Shown here one piece after another: positions 14,220-28,259 of a stretch of DNA of 64,000 bases. Position 1 is the first letter of the stretch; each line of letters begins with the position of its first letter. The notes beneath the pieces are model-generated. The model did no database searches, had not been told where the DNA came from, and saw nothing but the letters and a program-made list of their open reading frames with translations. The stretch spans positions 248,001 to 312,000 of the forward strand of contig NW_002060967.1 of assembly GCF_000150275.1 (NCBI RefSeq), in the 5' to 3' direction. The position numbers were made by a program, and so were the translations under genes. Origin of the DNA: Trichoplax adhaerens (taxonomy: Eukaryota; Animalia; Placozoa).

Positions 14220-15600
14220 TTAATAATTTGTATCGTTCGATTTCAATTTTTGAACAAGATAGAGCTGAATGCTAGGATGAAGTAAAATTGTAATAAATTG
14301 TACGCCAAGGTACATGATCATGAACAATTTTGTATTAGTCGATTTCAGTTTTTGAATAAGATTGAGTTGAATGCTGCGATGAAGTAAAGTCATTGTACCC
14401 GTATAATGAATTGTACGCAGAGGTACATGGTGATGAACAATTTTGCATTGGTCGATTTCAATTTTTGAATAAGATTGAGTTGAATGCTGCCATGAAGTAA
14501 AATTATTGTACCCGTATAATGAATTGTAGGCGGAGATGCGTGATGATGAACAATTTTGCATTGCTCGATTTCAGTTTTTGAACAAGATTAAGTTGAATAC
14601 TGCGATGAAGTAAAATCGTAATGGATTGTATACTAAGGTGCATGATGATAAAACGATTTTGCATTGGTCGATTTCAGTTTTTGAATAAGATTGAGTTGAA
14701 TGCTGCCATGAAGTAAAATTATTGTACCCGTATAATGAATTGTAGGCGGAGATGCGTGATGATGAACAATTTTGCATTGCTCGATTTCAGTTTTTGAACA
14801 AGATTAAGTTGAATACTGCGATGAAGGAAAATCGTAATGGATTGTATACTAAGGTGCATGATGATAAAACGATTTTGCATTGGTCGATTTCAGTTTTTGA
14901 ATAAGATTGAGTTGAATGCTGCCATGAAGTAAAATTATTGTACCCGTATAATGAATTGTACGCAGAGGTACATGGTGATGAACAATTTTGCATTGCTCGA
15001 TTTCAGTTTTTGAATAAGATTGAGTTGAATGCTGCCATGAAGTAAAATTATTGTACCCGTATAATGAATTGTACGCGGAGATGCGTGATGATGAACAATT
15101 TTGCATTGCTCGATTTCAGTTTTTGAACAAGATTAAGTTGAATACTGCGATGAAGTCAAATCGTAATGGATTGTATACTAAGGTGCATGATGATAAAACG
15201 ATTTTGCATTGGTCGATTTCAGTTTTTGAATAAGATTGAGTTGAATGCTGCCATGAAGTAAAATTATTGTACCCGTATAATGAATTGTACGCGGAGATGC
15301 GTGATGATGAACAATTTTGCATTGCTCGATTTCAGTTTTTGAACAAGATTAAGTTGAATACTGCGATGAAGTCAAATCGTAATGGATTGTATACTAAGGT
15401 GCATGATGATAAAACGATTTTGCATTGGTCGATTTCAGTTTTTGAATAAGATTGAGTTGAATGCTGCCATGAAGTAAAATTATTGTACCCGTATAATGAA
15501 TTGTACGCGGAGGTGCATGATGATGAACAATTTTGCATTGCTTGATTTCAGTTTTTGAACAAGATTGAGTTGAATGCTACGATGAAGTCCAATTGCACAC
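14220..15600. repeat. Satellite of 113-bp (A) and 103-bp (B) monomers with a 545-bp higher-order repeat
   Basis: The anchor gatttca falls at 14239, 14341, 14454, 14567, 14670, 14783, 14886, 14999, 15112, 15215, 15328, 15431 and 15544. Spacings are 102,113,113,103,113,103,113,113,103,113,103,113. Confidence 0.97.
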
Positions 15601-18600
15601 TGGGGTACTTGATCGGCATCCTTTCTTGCAACATAAAGTCAGTGAATTTATTATTTATCTGAATTTTGACCTAGGTCCATATACGACGCATGTAGAGACG
15701 TATACAAGACCAGTGTCGGGAGCCTAGAGGTTTTGTCCTTTACCTGTATGGCCGAGAAAGTCGGCCATATTGGACACTGGTAAAGTATTGTATATACAAT
15801 ATTGTAGTGGACGTTTAATAAATAAATAAATATTTTTTATTCCACGATGATGTCATTTTTTCTATGATCTCAAGACTTGTTAAGGTAGATTAAGCAGAAA
15901 TTACTTAACTGGAAAAAAGTAGCTAATAGCATTTGCTGCATTCATTTTTGCCCATAGTGGCCATAGAAATAAATAAATCTTTTTTTTTTCACGATGATGT
16001 CATTTTTTCTATGATCTCAACACTTGTTCAATGTACTGTACTGTACGTTGGCCATAGAATGCTGTGCTAGTACAGTACTGTCAATCTGTATTATACTGTA
16101 GAATCCATTTTTGAAGGACATTGCAAGTGACAAATTGATGCCAAAACAGGTCACGACCACTGTAAAGTGACATCACAAATGCCTCTCGTACCAGGTGACC
16201 AAGGATTGGCTACCCATCATGCATTCCGGTTTTGACACCATCCCTTTGTCTTGACAATGGAAGCTTGAATGCAAAGAGACGGCCGTACCTGAGTAGTCCA
16301 CTTGTTTACTATAGTATTTCTACAGTGTACAGTACGCTAGCAGCAGAGTCTTTCTCTTGTGTCTTACAGTAGCATACTGTAGGGCGCAGTGGGAAAACAA
16401 TCACGGCTTTTGTATCTGCATGAGTGAAAATCAATTTCAGTTGGGGAATCCATCTACATGTATTTCAGGTTTTGTGGTACAGTAGATTGATTGGAGACCA
16501 AAGTCAATCAACAACACTAATTAATAATCGGTTAAGGCACCTATCGTCATTGGAAAGTGGAGGTAAGATTGTACAGGACTCGTTTCTATTTTGTTGTTAT
16601 CGTTGATAACGTCACTGTGCAAGGGTACATGTTGTCGCCGTTCGTGTTGATCCCTTTGGTTCAAGTTGAGAATGAGTTAATTCAGTCTTCAAAAAATATA
16701 AGGAAGAGTCATCTTGAACGGATTCATTCCTTTCACAAACTGCAGTATAACAGTGTACAGTATATCCTGAGTGCTTTTGATCTTGACACTGCGTAGGATA
16801 GGACTGAATCAATGATACTATTTGTGCTGCCGGATTACTGTACAGCTTTTCTTTTCACATCATCCAACTGCTGTAAAATAATATCAATTCATTAACGTAG
16901 AATGGATCAATCCATCGGCGCAAGAGTTTACCCACCACAATTATCCTATCATGTATTTTATTAATGGTACATCCAGTTGAAAGGATGAGCGTTACTGCTA
17001 GTTGTGATCCACGTCATCAATTTACATTAACTTAAGCGTCTATCTAGTAGTTTTTATTTTATTCATTTTATTCAATGACTCAGTCTTCACACTTGAACAT
17101 CGAGAGTAGAAATGCGATGATGGATGGATACTCGCCCTAGCAATATCGACAAAAAATGGAACTGAGTTATCCTTGATTCTTGCCAAAATCCAAGAATATT
17201 GAGATGAACGACAACGTTAACCCTCGATGTCCTTGACCAAAACATTGCTAATTAATCAATAATTTTTTTTTTTGGGGGGGGGGGTTTCGGCCTGTACTGT
17301 CTTTACTGTACTTTACATCACCGGTATGTCCAGAATTTATTTGTTTACTTTACTTTAGGATATTCCCTTTTAGAATAATAAAATCAGTGGACTGTATTGT
17401 ACACTCGTCAGTAGTCTATATCGTACGTGTAGCTGCCTGGAGGTATCCGCGTGGCAGTATGGAAATGAATTCGGTACAGTACGCTGCACTGTAGAATTCT
17501 GTTTTTCTGAGCTACAGTTGGTACTGTACACTGTAGGCATGACTCACCCGCCATTCCTCTGCAGCGGATTGAGTGACATTATTTTTGCCAACGACTAGTG
17601 CTGCGATTAGCGTTGTACTCTACTTCATGAATCGATAGCAAAAGTAATGTCGCCCCGTGGCTATTTTCCTACTATATCGTTCAGAAGTGGTTTTTCAAAA
17701 CTGAGCCACAAGCGCTTTGCATACACCTGGCTGTAAACGGTTATTTCATAGCAAGCCTGATGACAGTATACTATAGAATAATCTACCACTACCGTACCTA
17801 GTGAAATTGGACTCTTTTTGAAAGCAATCGAAAGTTTAAAAAGAATCCTGTATAAAATGATCATTGCATGATGAAATGGATGCGACTTTTACAGCCAATA
17901 GTTTATATCTAATTTATATCCATTCTAGTGCTTCTACTTTTCCTCCTCAATACAGTACATCACTGCTATCGTACAGGTTGCCTTGGCAATTTTATAATCT
18001 CCATTGATGGTATCAGAATGCAGTATACAAATATGCATGTTGCTCTGTAATGAAAATAGTTCATTCGATTACAACATCTTACATGGTAAACACTGTTAAA
18101 TGCCCTCTTCATTTACTATTAAAATAGACGTATAGACCTTGATATACTGTCCATCATGCAACACATACTTCATAGGCCACAGCAGTGTGTGATATACAGT
18201 ACTGTTCGATTCGCACGGCAGATTGAGGCGAAAAATAGTTCTACCCGACTTTCCAATGCCTATCTTCGTTATGGATAGGATAATCAACTTGAACTTGCGC
18301 CATCTTGGGAATATTACTTTACTGCATACTGGATACCGTAGTCATAAGAAGAGCGTAATTGATCAGACCGATGTATTTGTTTACAAAAGTACGATTGCTC
18401 ATAGTTGAGCTTTTATAGAACCAATGTTATAAATGGCCCGTAACTGCACAACCTACTGAACATATTGGGCTTACACGGTGTTAATTCAAGTAAATGGCAA
18501 CGGTATTGATTTACCCTCGTGTAATTCCTTTTAGATGCCAATGAAACTGCATTTCAATGACATTGGCTCTATCACACTCCGTAGCATTTCGATAACTAAC

Positions 18601-20034
18601 TACTGTAATTATCGCTTCACGATTGCAACTTTCCTTCATTACACAACAACAAGTATTAAAGATAGTTTCACGGTATTACTGGTCATAAGATTCAATTCTG
18701 AATTATTTTTTACAAGGCGTAGTCAATAGGGAAAGGAGCAGAAGAAAGTATGTAATAAATTCCGTTAATATGATGCAATACCCACGTATTAATTAAATTA
18801 AGTGTAAAAATCTGTGATGTGATAGTTTCGTAAATCTCTAGTAATTCAGTTATACCCACCATCAAGTGAAGACAATCGGCTACGTACATAGCATTACTAA
18901 TTCTTTAGAAAAATATTATTATTATTATTATAGCTAATTAACGAATTCTACGCCAATAATATGCATACTACGCTTGACTGTAGCACAGTGATGCAATATT
19001 TGAAATCGACGTCAATAATGCAAGATTCAAGCGTAATTAATTAAAATTAATGTTACTGCAATGCTCCAGTTTACATTAATGAATAATTGCTGAGCCGATC
19101 ATAACGCTTAGCCGTGGCACATGATCCAATGCTTAAAATCAGTAACTTTCTAATATTCTAATAACGCTTGACACTAGCCCCGTGCAATGCTTAAAATTGG
19201 CGATTTTCTAAATCATGAATACTTGACACTAGTGCGATGTAATATTTAAATGCTATCAGTTTGGTTGTTAATTATTTCATTTAACTGTAATAATCTACAG
19301 TTTTACATAATCGCTTGCGCAGAGTAGCATCCAATCAATGGAGCACTCCCCTAACGATCTTTATAAATACCAGGAACGACTCCAGAAAAGGTGTAGTCCT
19401 GCAATTACTGTACCCATCAAATAATAAAATCAAATGATGCTGCACCCACAACCAGAATACCCCTAAAAACGATTGTTTTATATTATAGTCTGCATTAGGG
19501 CTAAGTAATTGGTATTCCAAAAATAGATATAAGCCTATACCGTGTACCGTGACGTAAACTAAGTTTTGTTACCTTGTACCTTTAATAGGTATATAGTCGG
19601 TATATAGTCAACCTTCTACTTAATTTAATGCACATTAAATAGACTGTAACAATTGAAATTGGTTCAAATTAAGCTCACAGGAAGAATAAATTTGTAAAAA
19701 GGTCAACCGTATTTAAACTGTATGTTTGTATCATGGACCACTAAGTCGATGCTTTATTTAATTTTACTAGTTTCTTAATGCTATAATTCAGTATCAATTT
19801 TATTACTCTTAACTATTTGAGGATTGTTCCCTTTTTCTATTCGTATGCCTAAAATGAATTCATAAAATTTTCATTTTACACTTGTCAATATATTGTATCC
19901 CGTTAGTGCGACAATTTTGGTGCCTGCTCTTGATTGTACTGCCGTGGTTGATGATTGAAATGTCACTGTAACTTGACATATTGGATTAAATTAAATTTTC
20001 TCTCACTACAGAAAACAACTGAAACTAGCGAATC

Positions 20035-22929
20035 ATGCTGACACGCTTTGTATCAAGTACAGCTCGCCGTCTAATAGGACGTTGCCTGCTAGAAAACAAT
20101 TATAGTGGTAAGATTTTGACAATAAATGGCTTTCAATACCAGTATAAATGATTGTATCTGCTTAGCATGAAAGATAGAATTAACTGTACAACTTTAAAAG
20201 TATCGATTTAAACTATTGTAATTTGGATGTAATTATGTTTACAGTGAAGAAGATAAGTTATTTTCTGAACTCAAATTAGCGTCTTCTATTGTCAGATTCC
20301 CAACGTGTATTAATTACTATCATTACGAGCTAGGATGTACTTTCTGTCGTGCATAATGTAATATCAAACTCATACATCAGCGAGCATGAATTTGATGAAT
20401 GCGGTACATATCTGATAGTTTGTTACTTGCATGAGTGATTGAAGCAAATCTATTGATGCTGGCGAAACTATTGCAGTATATTAACTCATCATGTTACTCC
20501 AATTCATGATGAAAACAATCTTTATTTAATTTTCATCAATTTATGCCTTGTAAATATTGTGAAGAGCTATCGTTCAGAATTTACGCAGCTCAACGATCGT
20601 AAATTATTATCGTATAAGAAGCGAATGTAAACGCTATAAATTTTTCAAAAATCAATTTACCTAATTGAACTTTGAGCTAGATTTTTGTATTTAAGTAGTG
20701 TACATTGCACTCTACTTGTAAAATCATGCTTTTGTATGATTAATTTCTCAGTAAAACTCGGTTAATCATGATATTCTTACACATTCATCTATTGTAGTAA
20801 CTACAGCTAGATTGCAATGTAAACGTACATTTGCCTCATCTGCAGCGTCGACATTTCATGGAAAGTCACAATATCGCTTTACTCATGTACTCCCTGTGAC
20901 AGCTTCATCTACAAAAGTTATTTGGAATGACAGCTTAACAGCCGATATTAACTATTTATGGGTAAGATTATAATGCTAGCAGAATATTATAAGCATTAAT
21001 AAAAGGTTGCTAATTTATTATCCTTTCCTATGTACTGTAGTTACGAGACAATTGCCAGTGTTCTGAATGCAAGCATCCACACACTGGACAAAAACTTTTT
21101 GATATAACTCGAGTGCCTTTAGACTTACAACCACAAGCTATTGAGATGGTCGATGAAGGTAGTCATGTTCGAGTCGTTTGGGACAACGATCAACATGAAA
21201 GTGTTTATGACAGTCATTGGTGAGTAAATTGTATTGATAGTGTGCCTAAAACTATTTTAGACCAAAACAAGTCATTACTAAAGTAGGAATAATGCATACC
21301 AACATTGATATAAAATTAAATTTGTCTAACCAAGGTTACGAGCAAATGGTCGGCACTTTTTTATCAATATTCCGAGTGAAAGTTCTAAACGTAATAGCCG
21401 TCCACAAGAAATCGAATGGAATCAACATTCGATTACGGAAAATCCTCCTGTAATGTCGTATGATGAAATTAAGTCATCCGAGGTTGCACTATATAAATGG
21501 ATAAGTCTAATTCACCGATATGGTGTAGCTATAGTGAAAGGTTAGTCCTTTTCTTCCCCAAGATGTGATTTTTAACACCATAAGACCGATGCTTACAAAT
21601 TTGATCCTGTATGTAAATATTCAATTTTGTTAAATAATTATTCGTTTGTAGGAACACCAATAGAGAAAGATTTTATCTTAGATATGGCTGAAAGGATTGC
21701 TTATGTTAAGGAAACATCTTACGGAAAATACTTTGATGTAGTAGTTGAACCAAAACCGAATTCACATTTAGCCTTTTCAGCTCGCGGCTTAGATCATCAT
21801 ACGGACATGAACTATAGAGAAAATTCACCAGGTAGGTGGTGGAATATTGAGCCACTGGAGTAATGATGAAGAAATTACTCAACAAAAAACTTACGATATT
21901 ACAGGTTTACAGATGTTGCATTGTTTAAAAAACAACCACGATGTTAGTAATCCTGGGGGACGAACTTTTTTTGTCGATGGTCTGCACGTTGTTAGTTGGT
22001 TAAAGAAGCATCATCCGTCAGCATTTTACACTTTATGTTCAATCGAAGTCAAATTTGAATTGACAACTGAATCGGTAACTTCTATTCGCCTGATATACTT
22101 TTCCTTGATATTTTATATTGTTTGATTTAATATTGCTCTTAAACGGCGTACTAAATGCTTAATATACTGCAGTTTACCTATAACCAGACAAAACCAATTA
22201 TCTGCTTGGATAAGGATGGCAATTTTTCGGTAACTACTAGCATTACGAATAAAAGTAAAACTTATTAAATTGGGATTGTTATGTTGGCTTTTACTGAACA
22301 GACTGATTATAATATTTACAATTTGGATATGTTATGTATAGGAAATCCACGTCAATAACAGAACCATGGGTCCGATCCAGGCTCCGAAGGAAACTATAAA
22401 TCCCTTCTACTCTGCATACAAGTATGTGCTATTACATGTGTTGTATTTTCCTCGATTTTGACATGTGATATGAACTATAAATAGTTCATATATCACAGAT
22501 ACAATAGTTTCATTTTTGTAAGGGGTCAACATTATAGTTTTTACTTTTTTTATTTTGAATATTTAGTATACTGATGCGTAAGATTCGCGATCCAGAGTTA
22601 CAATACTCTCTAGGATTACAACCTGGAGATTTAGTAGCATTCAATAATCGTCGTGTGTTGCATGGTCGATCTGCATTCAATTCGGATCGAGTATCTCGGT
22701 AAGATAAAATTTTCTGATAAAATCGAACTACGTTATACAGCAACATAGACAATTAGTATAGCGCTACAGTTTGCAAGTTTTTACATGTACATGTTTATAC
22801 AATAATAGCTATATAATTAAATTGGTTTTTGTATCTCTTTACAGGCATCTTGTGGGATGTTATGTTGATTATGACGAAATGTTATCTAAATTGGATACTC
22901 TGTATGGAAAAGGTTTCTTCCCTAAGTAG
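20035..22929 (+). CDS. BBOX1: Gamma-butyrobetaine dioxygenase / trimethyllysine hydroxylase family Fe(II)/2-oxoglutarate dioxygenase, probably mitochondrial
   Basis: 10 in-phase GT-AG exons: 20035-20107, 20798-20961, 21041-21219, 21335-21540, 21652-21831, 21905-22074, 22173-22229, 22342-22421, 22567-22698, 22845-22929. Motifs: WLRDNCQCSEC (Zn-binding GBBH-like N domain), HTD iron ligands, GLQMLHC, GGRTFFVDG, FNNRRVLHGR, RHLVGCYVD. The family is secure; strict BBOX1 orthology is not. Confidence 0.9.
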
Positions 22930-25900
22930 TTCAAGGAGAAGCTGACCAAGTTTGATATCAAATACTAGAAATTCATGGATATATTGTGATAGACTTGAAA
23001 GTCCTCCTTAGCCATAATACGCGTTGATGTGCTAACTCACATTTTGTGCTAGTTATACTTGAATTAATTTTATTAATCGTTTATTAACAAAACGATATTA
23101 TCGAAGGCTCTTCATCTATAACTCAACCTTGTACACTATTTCGTAAAATACTTCTTTTAGTAGCTTAAAATGAATTAAGATATTGTGATCAATTAAACGC
23201 TGATTTGATATCTTATCCTTCCTTAAGTTAAGGTGAACTAAAATTTTACTAGTTCATTAAATCAATAATTATTCCTTTTTTAATGGTAAATGCGCATGGA
23301 AAGAGTAGCATTTAATTTATAAGTCACGTATTATTGTTATATTAATAATATATATAAACCGATCCATTTTCGTAGCACTGAAATAATACCTAGAATCTAA
23401 AATTCTTTCTTACTCTCTTATCCATAAATTAATCATCTGTTTGGCTAAAATTATTCATATCGCTGATATTTAACCGATATTTCTCGTTTTTGATTGGCCA
23501 AAAATTTACACATATTATAATAACGCTTGCTATATGGGCTAATCCTTTATCATCTATTCTTGATTATCTACCTGCGTGTAGTTACCGTATCTCATTATTA
23601 ATTCTTAATATGCAGATTGAAGATTCTGGAACGACTTTTGGTGCATAGAATTAAATATCTCTACACAGAGATATCAATACTATGCTGTATTGTTTTAAAA
23701 TACAGTGCTGCAAGGAACCAATTACTATTTACATGAGAACTTTTATTATTAAGAATTTAATCGTATCACATAGAACAATAATTATTATAGTGCGGGCCTA
23801 GCAGCAATAATATACTCTTATACAATACAATAATATACTCTTATTATCACCAGTTAGAGGCAATAATAATAATATCCTTTAAACTTACTGTCGTTCAGTT
23901 ACTAATCACTTCTAAGATAAGTCATAGTTGAAACCATACGTATTGTTGTCGTTAATGTATATTATCTGTAAATGCAGTAGCAAACTGTTTACTAGCTGTT
24001 TTAATCCAAGACTTAATTAGTTCATAACTAATTGCAGTAATGAAGGTACGAACCATGTATTATAATAACTACGTAACTAAAATAATTATAACTATTGTAG
24101 TACTTAAAATTGATCAATTTTGTAAACGGCCTTACGTTTTACTCAGGATTTTAAGCTTCAATATCAATGTATGCTTGTATTAAATCCTATGCATATACTG
24201 TAGTACTCTAGATCGTTTGTAGATATAAAGCAGGTTATAAATATTCAGACTTGGTGTCAATATTGATACTTCTCTATTCTTACGATACTTGCGTAGAACA
24301 AATCAATTAAAAATGTGTCTTATTTTCACATACTGTATGTACACCATAACTATAAATAAAGTGTTTGATGTAGCTCATGATACTATTTGTTATCAAATAT
24401 CAGATATCAAATGAGTTATTTGAATTCTCCGCCGGAACGTGCCGGATGCTATCGCTTGCAAGAAAAACACTACAGTAATTACTCGTATTATCATCCTATT
24501 TTGATATCTTGATAGTTAGCATGAAACTGATTGGATGCAATTATATATAATTATGGTTTTCTGACTGTAACCGATATTCGATTATAAATATCTACTCGCA
24601 TTACAAGATATGAAATATATTCGAATACCGTATTAATAAATTGGATGTAAAACTGAATCCTCAATTATGTTGCAGTATTTTAGATTACGTAATGATTTTC
24701 AAATAAGCAATTATTGAAAAGAGATTTTTACATTTAAAGTACAAATTATACTTGTATCTTTGAGAGAGAAATATCACCAACGTATTGTTGCAATGTTTAA
24801 TAAAGTATGACTATAAGGCAATATTTCTCATGATATCTCCCTACTGTCAGGATTAAACTATATTTAACTGTTATTGTATCTAAAGTTTACTATTTCATTT
24901 TCATTTTATTCCGAGTTATTGCTGTTCCTATAGTAAATATTTTTTGTTGATACAGCAACAATTTTAAATCAGTACTATAGTAATGACAAAAGAAGCATCT
25001 GAATATAACGCATTATTTGATCAGCAGCATATTAATATTCAGATTTTAATTCATAGCTATTAATTTATTGTTATTGCACCTGTTTATAGCTGCATGAAGG
25101 ATAATATTTAGGAAATGTTGATAAAAGTATAACAAACAGCTCGGTCTTTTTAATTTCTTTAGAAAGGTATAAATATTAGTTGCCAAATAATGTCTGTAGT
25201 ATGCAAAATATAAGGAGATATCTACGTGATGTGAAATAGAGATAAACTTGATTTTTGCAATTTCTAACTTTTTTCTTGTCTATAAATTTGGTGTAGGCAA
25301 GAGTGTGTCTGAATGAAAAGACGATATAGCAGAGTAAAACTGAAAATTTGACACCGTGCCGTATTTTAACATGGTCAGATTAGTTGCACCTTTAGAGCAA
25401 ATATTATTGTTTCTCTCAAGCGGAGGCAGGATGTGAAAGCATCTTTGTATTCCAGTAGAGTGCGATCCATTGGCCATCTTTTTATTGGCTATTTTATTTA
25501 CTAATTAGCGTACAAGGCTTTAAGTGAATTATGTTCTCCTTCTTAGTTGTTAGGCTACAAACCTGATGGAAAATGATATACGCGTAGTTATTTAAAAATA
25601 GCAATTGGTATAATAGTTAATCATCTTATTTTGTTCTGCAAAACTAAAGGAAAGCTTAGATCATTGTAATCTCTATTTTTTAGGGAGAAAATGGAAACTA
25701 ACGAAATACTATGATATGCTAGCTTAATTTAGATGACTCAATCGAAAAAATGAACGAAATAATTTGAAATTGTCTATGGGTAAAGTTACACAAAGCGCAC
25801 TTGGATTGATCACGTTTCCAACATTAATCTTCTCACCTAACATGAATGGATTCAAATGAACATCACTTATTGTCGTAGGTGTCTGAAAAGCAAGTGAGAC

Positions 25901-28259
25901 TAGATCAAAATTTCGATTAAAAGTGTATAGAGAATATACTGAACATGTTGTGTTAACTCATATCTGCCTCTAAACCTTTAGACAAAATCTTCGAGTTAAA
26001 ATACTAAATAAGAAGTAAGAAACGTTTGATTTATCCAAGGTAATACGCTGTCTCTAACTATAGTCCTGGCAAATTTGTTAAGTAGGTAAGGAAATATGAA
26101 ATGATCATTCGAAACAGATTAGCAGATAATTTAAGTAAGACAAGCTATTTTCACTTTACCATAATCAATCTATATAGCATAGCTAAGACGTATAGAATAC
26201 TGATTTGGTACTGCAGCTAGCAAAAAGAAAAAGCACAACTTTAGTACAAACTGAACATATGAAACAAGATTTTATCAAGGCAATATTTAATTTCATTTGT
26301 TTTGTAAAAAGTACTATAATAACCCATCGAAATAATCCTTGATAACAAAGAGAACCTATTCATCGCTTTAGATAAATTAATTTCTCCATTTCCGCCAATC
26401 AAGAACATATTAAATTCCGTTACCAAGGATTGGAATGGTAACTACGTTGCAATTTTTTATTTCATGAAATAAATATTAATTATTCATCACTATATTCATG
26501 TAGTTGAATATCTATGAATACTTTTCCATAAAGACTTGTATCGTTTATTAGTTTGTAGTAACTATGGTAAATAAATGTGAATAAGAAATATACGCGTAGA
26601 ATATCTTCCATGTCTGTTATGGCCAGTATGATTGCATTGGTATACTTGAATAAAGGTGATAATGATAGATAACATTTAAACTGCATAGTAGTCTCGAATA
26701 ATCGTTTAAGATAGATGTAAGATAAAAAGTAAGCACCTTTCAGTGTGCACAATAACATAAAATCAACGTGAGTACCATTTAATTTATACAATTGTCGAAC
26801 AATATTTGTTAAATAGCAACATTATTCTTTCTAAAATGTATTATAGCTGAAATAGCCATCTGGCTTAAATTAATAATGATATCACTTCTTTCTATTCTAA
26901 GACAACATATTAGTAAGTATTCTTTTTGCAAGTAGCTCGGATCACCGTCACCAAGGATAATACAGTTTCACTTTCTTATAGTACACTTTCATTTTCTTTA
27001 AAATTAAATGGTTCTTTGTCCTATTTTTTTATTTGTTCAAGAAATGAAAAACGGCATAGTAATCAATGTGTTGGTATCATGACAAAGATTTGTTAATAAA
27101 AGTAATAAGATTTTTATACAAAAGAAGTCAGTTGTACTTTACACTGAAAGAATCTTCTATTGTTTTAAATAATGTCCAACTAATTTAAAACATTTCTCAA
27201 GTCTTAAGCGCCTATTGCATTGATTGAATGAAGAGAGGGAGGAATAACTTTGAAAGTGTTCAATTTCACAATCATAATATTCAATATTGGATCCATAGCT
27301 GGAATTTTTATAGATTGCTTGAAATACTCCAATGGGTAATTGATCATTGCTGTTAGCTGTAAGTGTATCAAATAAAGCAAAATTTATTTAGTTTACTATG
27401 AACAACGTAGATGCTTTTTTAAGTCCTAGCCTTTAATTAATTCATAACAATGACTTTAGGTAGCTAGAATACTTTATTTTTTGAAGTCTTAATTTATTTC
27501 TGTCAGTAAAATAGGTTATAATGTATGCTTATGATAATAGTATTGTTAGCTATGGTCATTATATTATTGAATAGATGTCCATGCCACAGTATCCTATGCA
27601 AGCTAGAAGTAAAGCGAAATGTCCTTAATAACTAGGCATATTTATCATTTCCGTTACTTTACTGCATCAAGATACATCATGACACTTTATTGAGTAATTC
27701 ACACGCTGATATATGCAGATATTTCCTTATTTCTAGCGATTTGTCAGTTGTCAAAGGTTAAATCAATGATCGGTTTAAACGGGTGATGGATTTATATCGG
27801 TCTACTAGACTTGACAAAGGTATACAGTACTTTATAAGTATGTGAATGAATTACCACCTATCCTAATGACTACCACATACTTTGATGAATAAAAGTCACC
27901 TTAGATGCATCTTCTTATAGCATAATGATTTGATTCTGTTGCGAAGATCAGTTGGATAAAAGTCCTCCTGTATTGATAATATCTAGAATATAAATAATCT
28001 GCCATACACGATTCATAGGCATGTTGTAATACAGTATGCCGTAATGATACATTTCACTGATTGATTTAAGCGTCTATTCAAAAGGGAAACACTCAATATC
28101 TTTATTACTTTTTACATGGCAGACCCTGGACGGGATTACTGATTCGATAGGCCTATTTTACATCATACGCGTATAACCTCTTGAAGAGAGATTTGAGGCT
28201 TATGACGCAGATTTTACGTGGACGGTATTTGTTCCACTTTCATGATTTGTTTCCATAGT

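Noticed and set aside
14220-15538. Repeated ORFs MQNCSSS... and a CRISPR-like appearance
   Set aside because: These are translations of the satellite. There are no unique spacers and no cas genes, and the context is eukaryotic.
15709-15781. Hammerhead ribozyme
   Set aside because: The CUGANGA and GAAA core is not placed at the junction on either strand.
20296-20333. Extra exon in dioxygenase intron 1 after the tattgtcag acceptor
   Set aside because: An in-frame TAG follows before any good donor.
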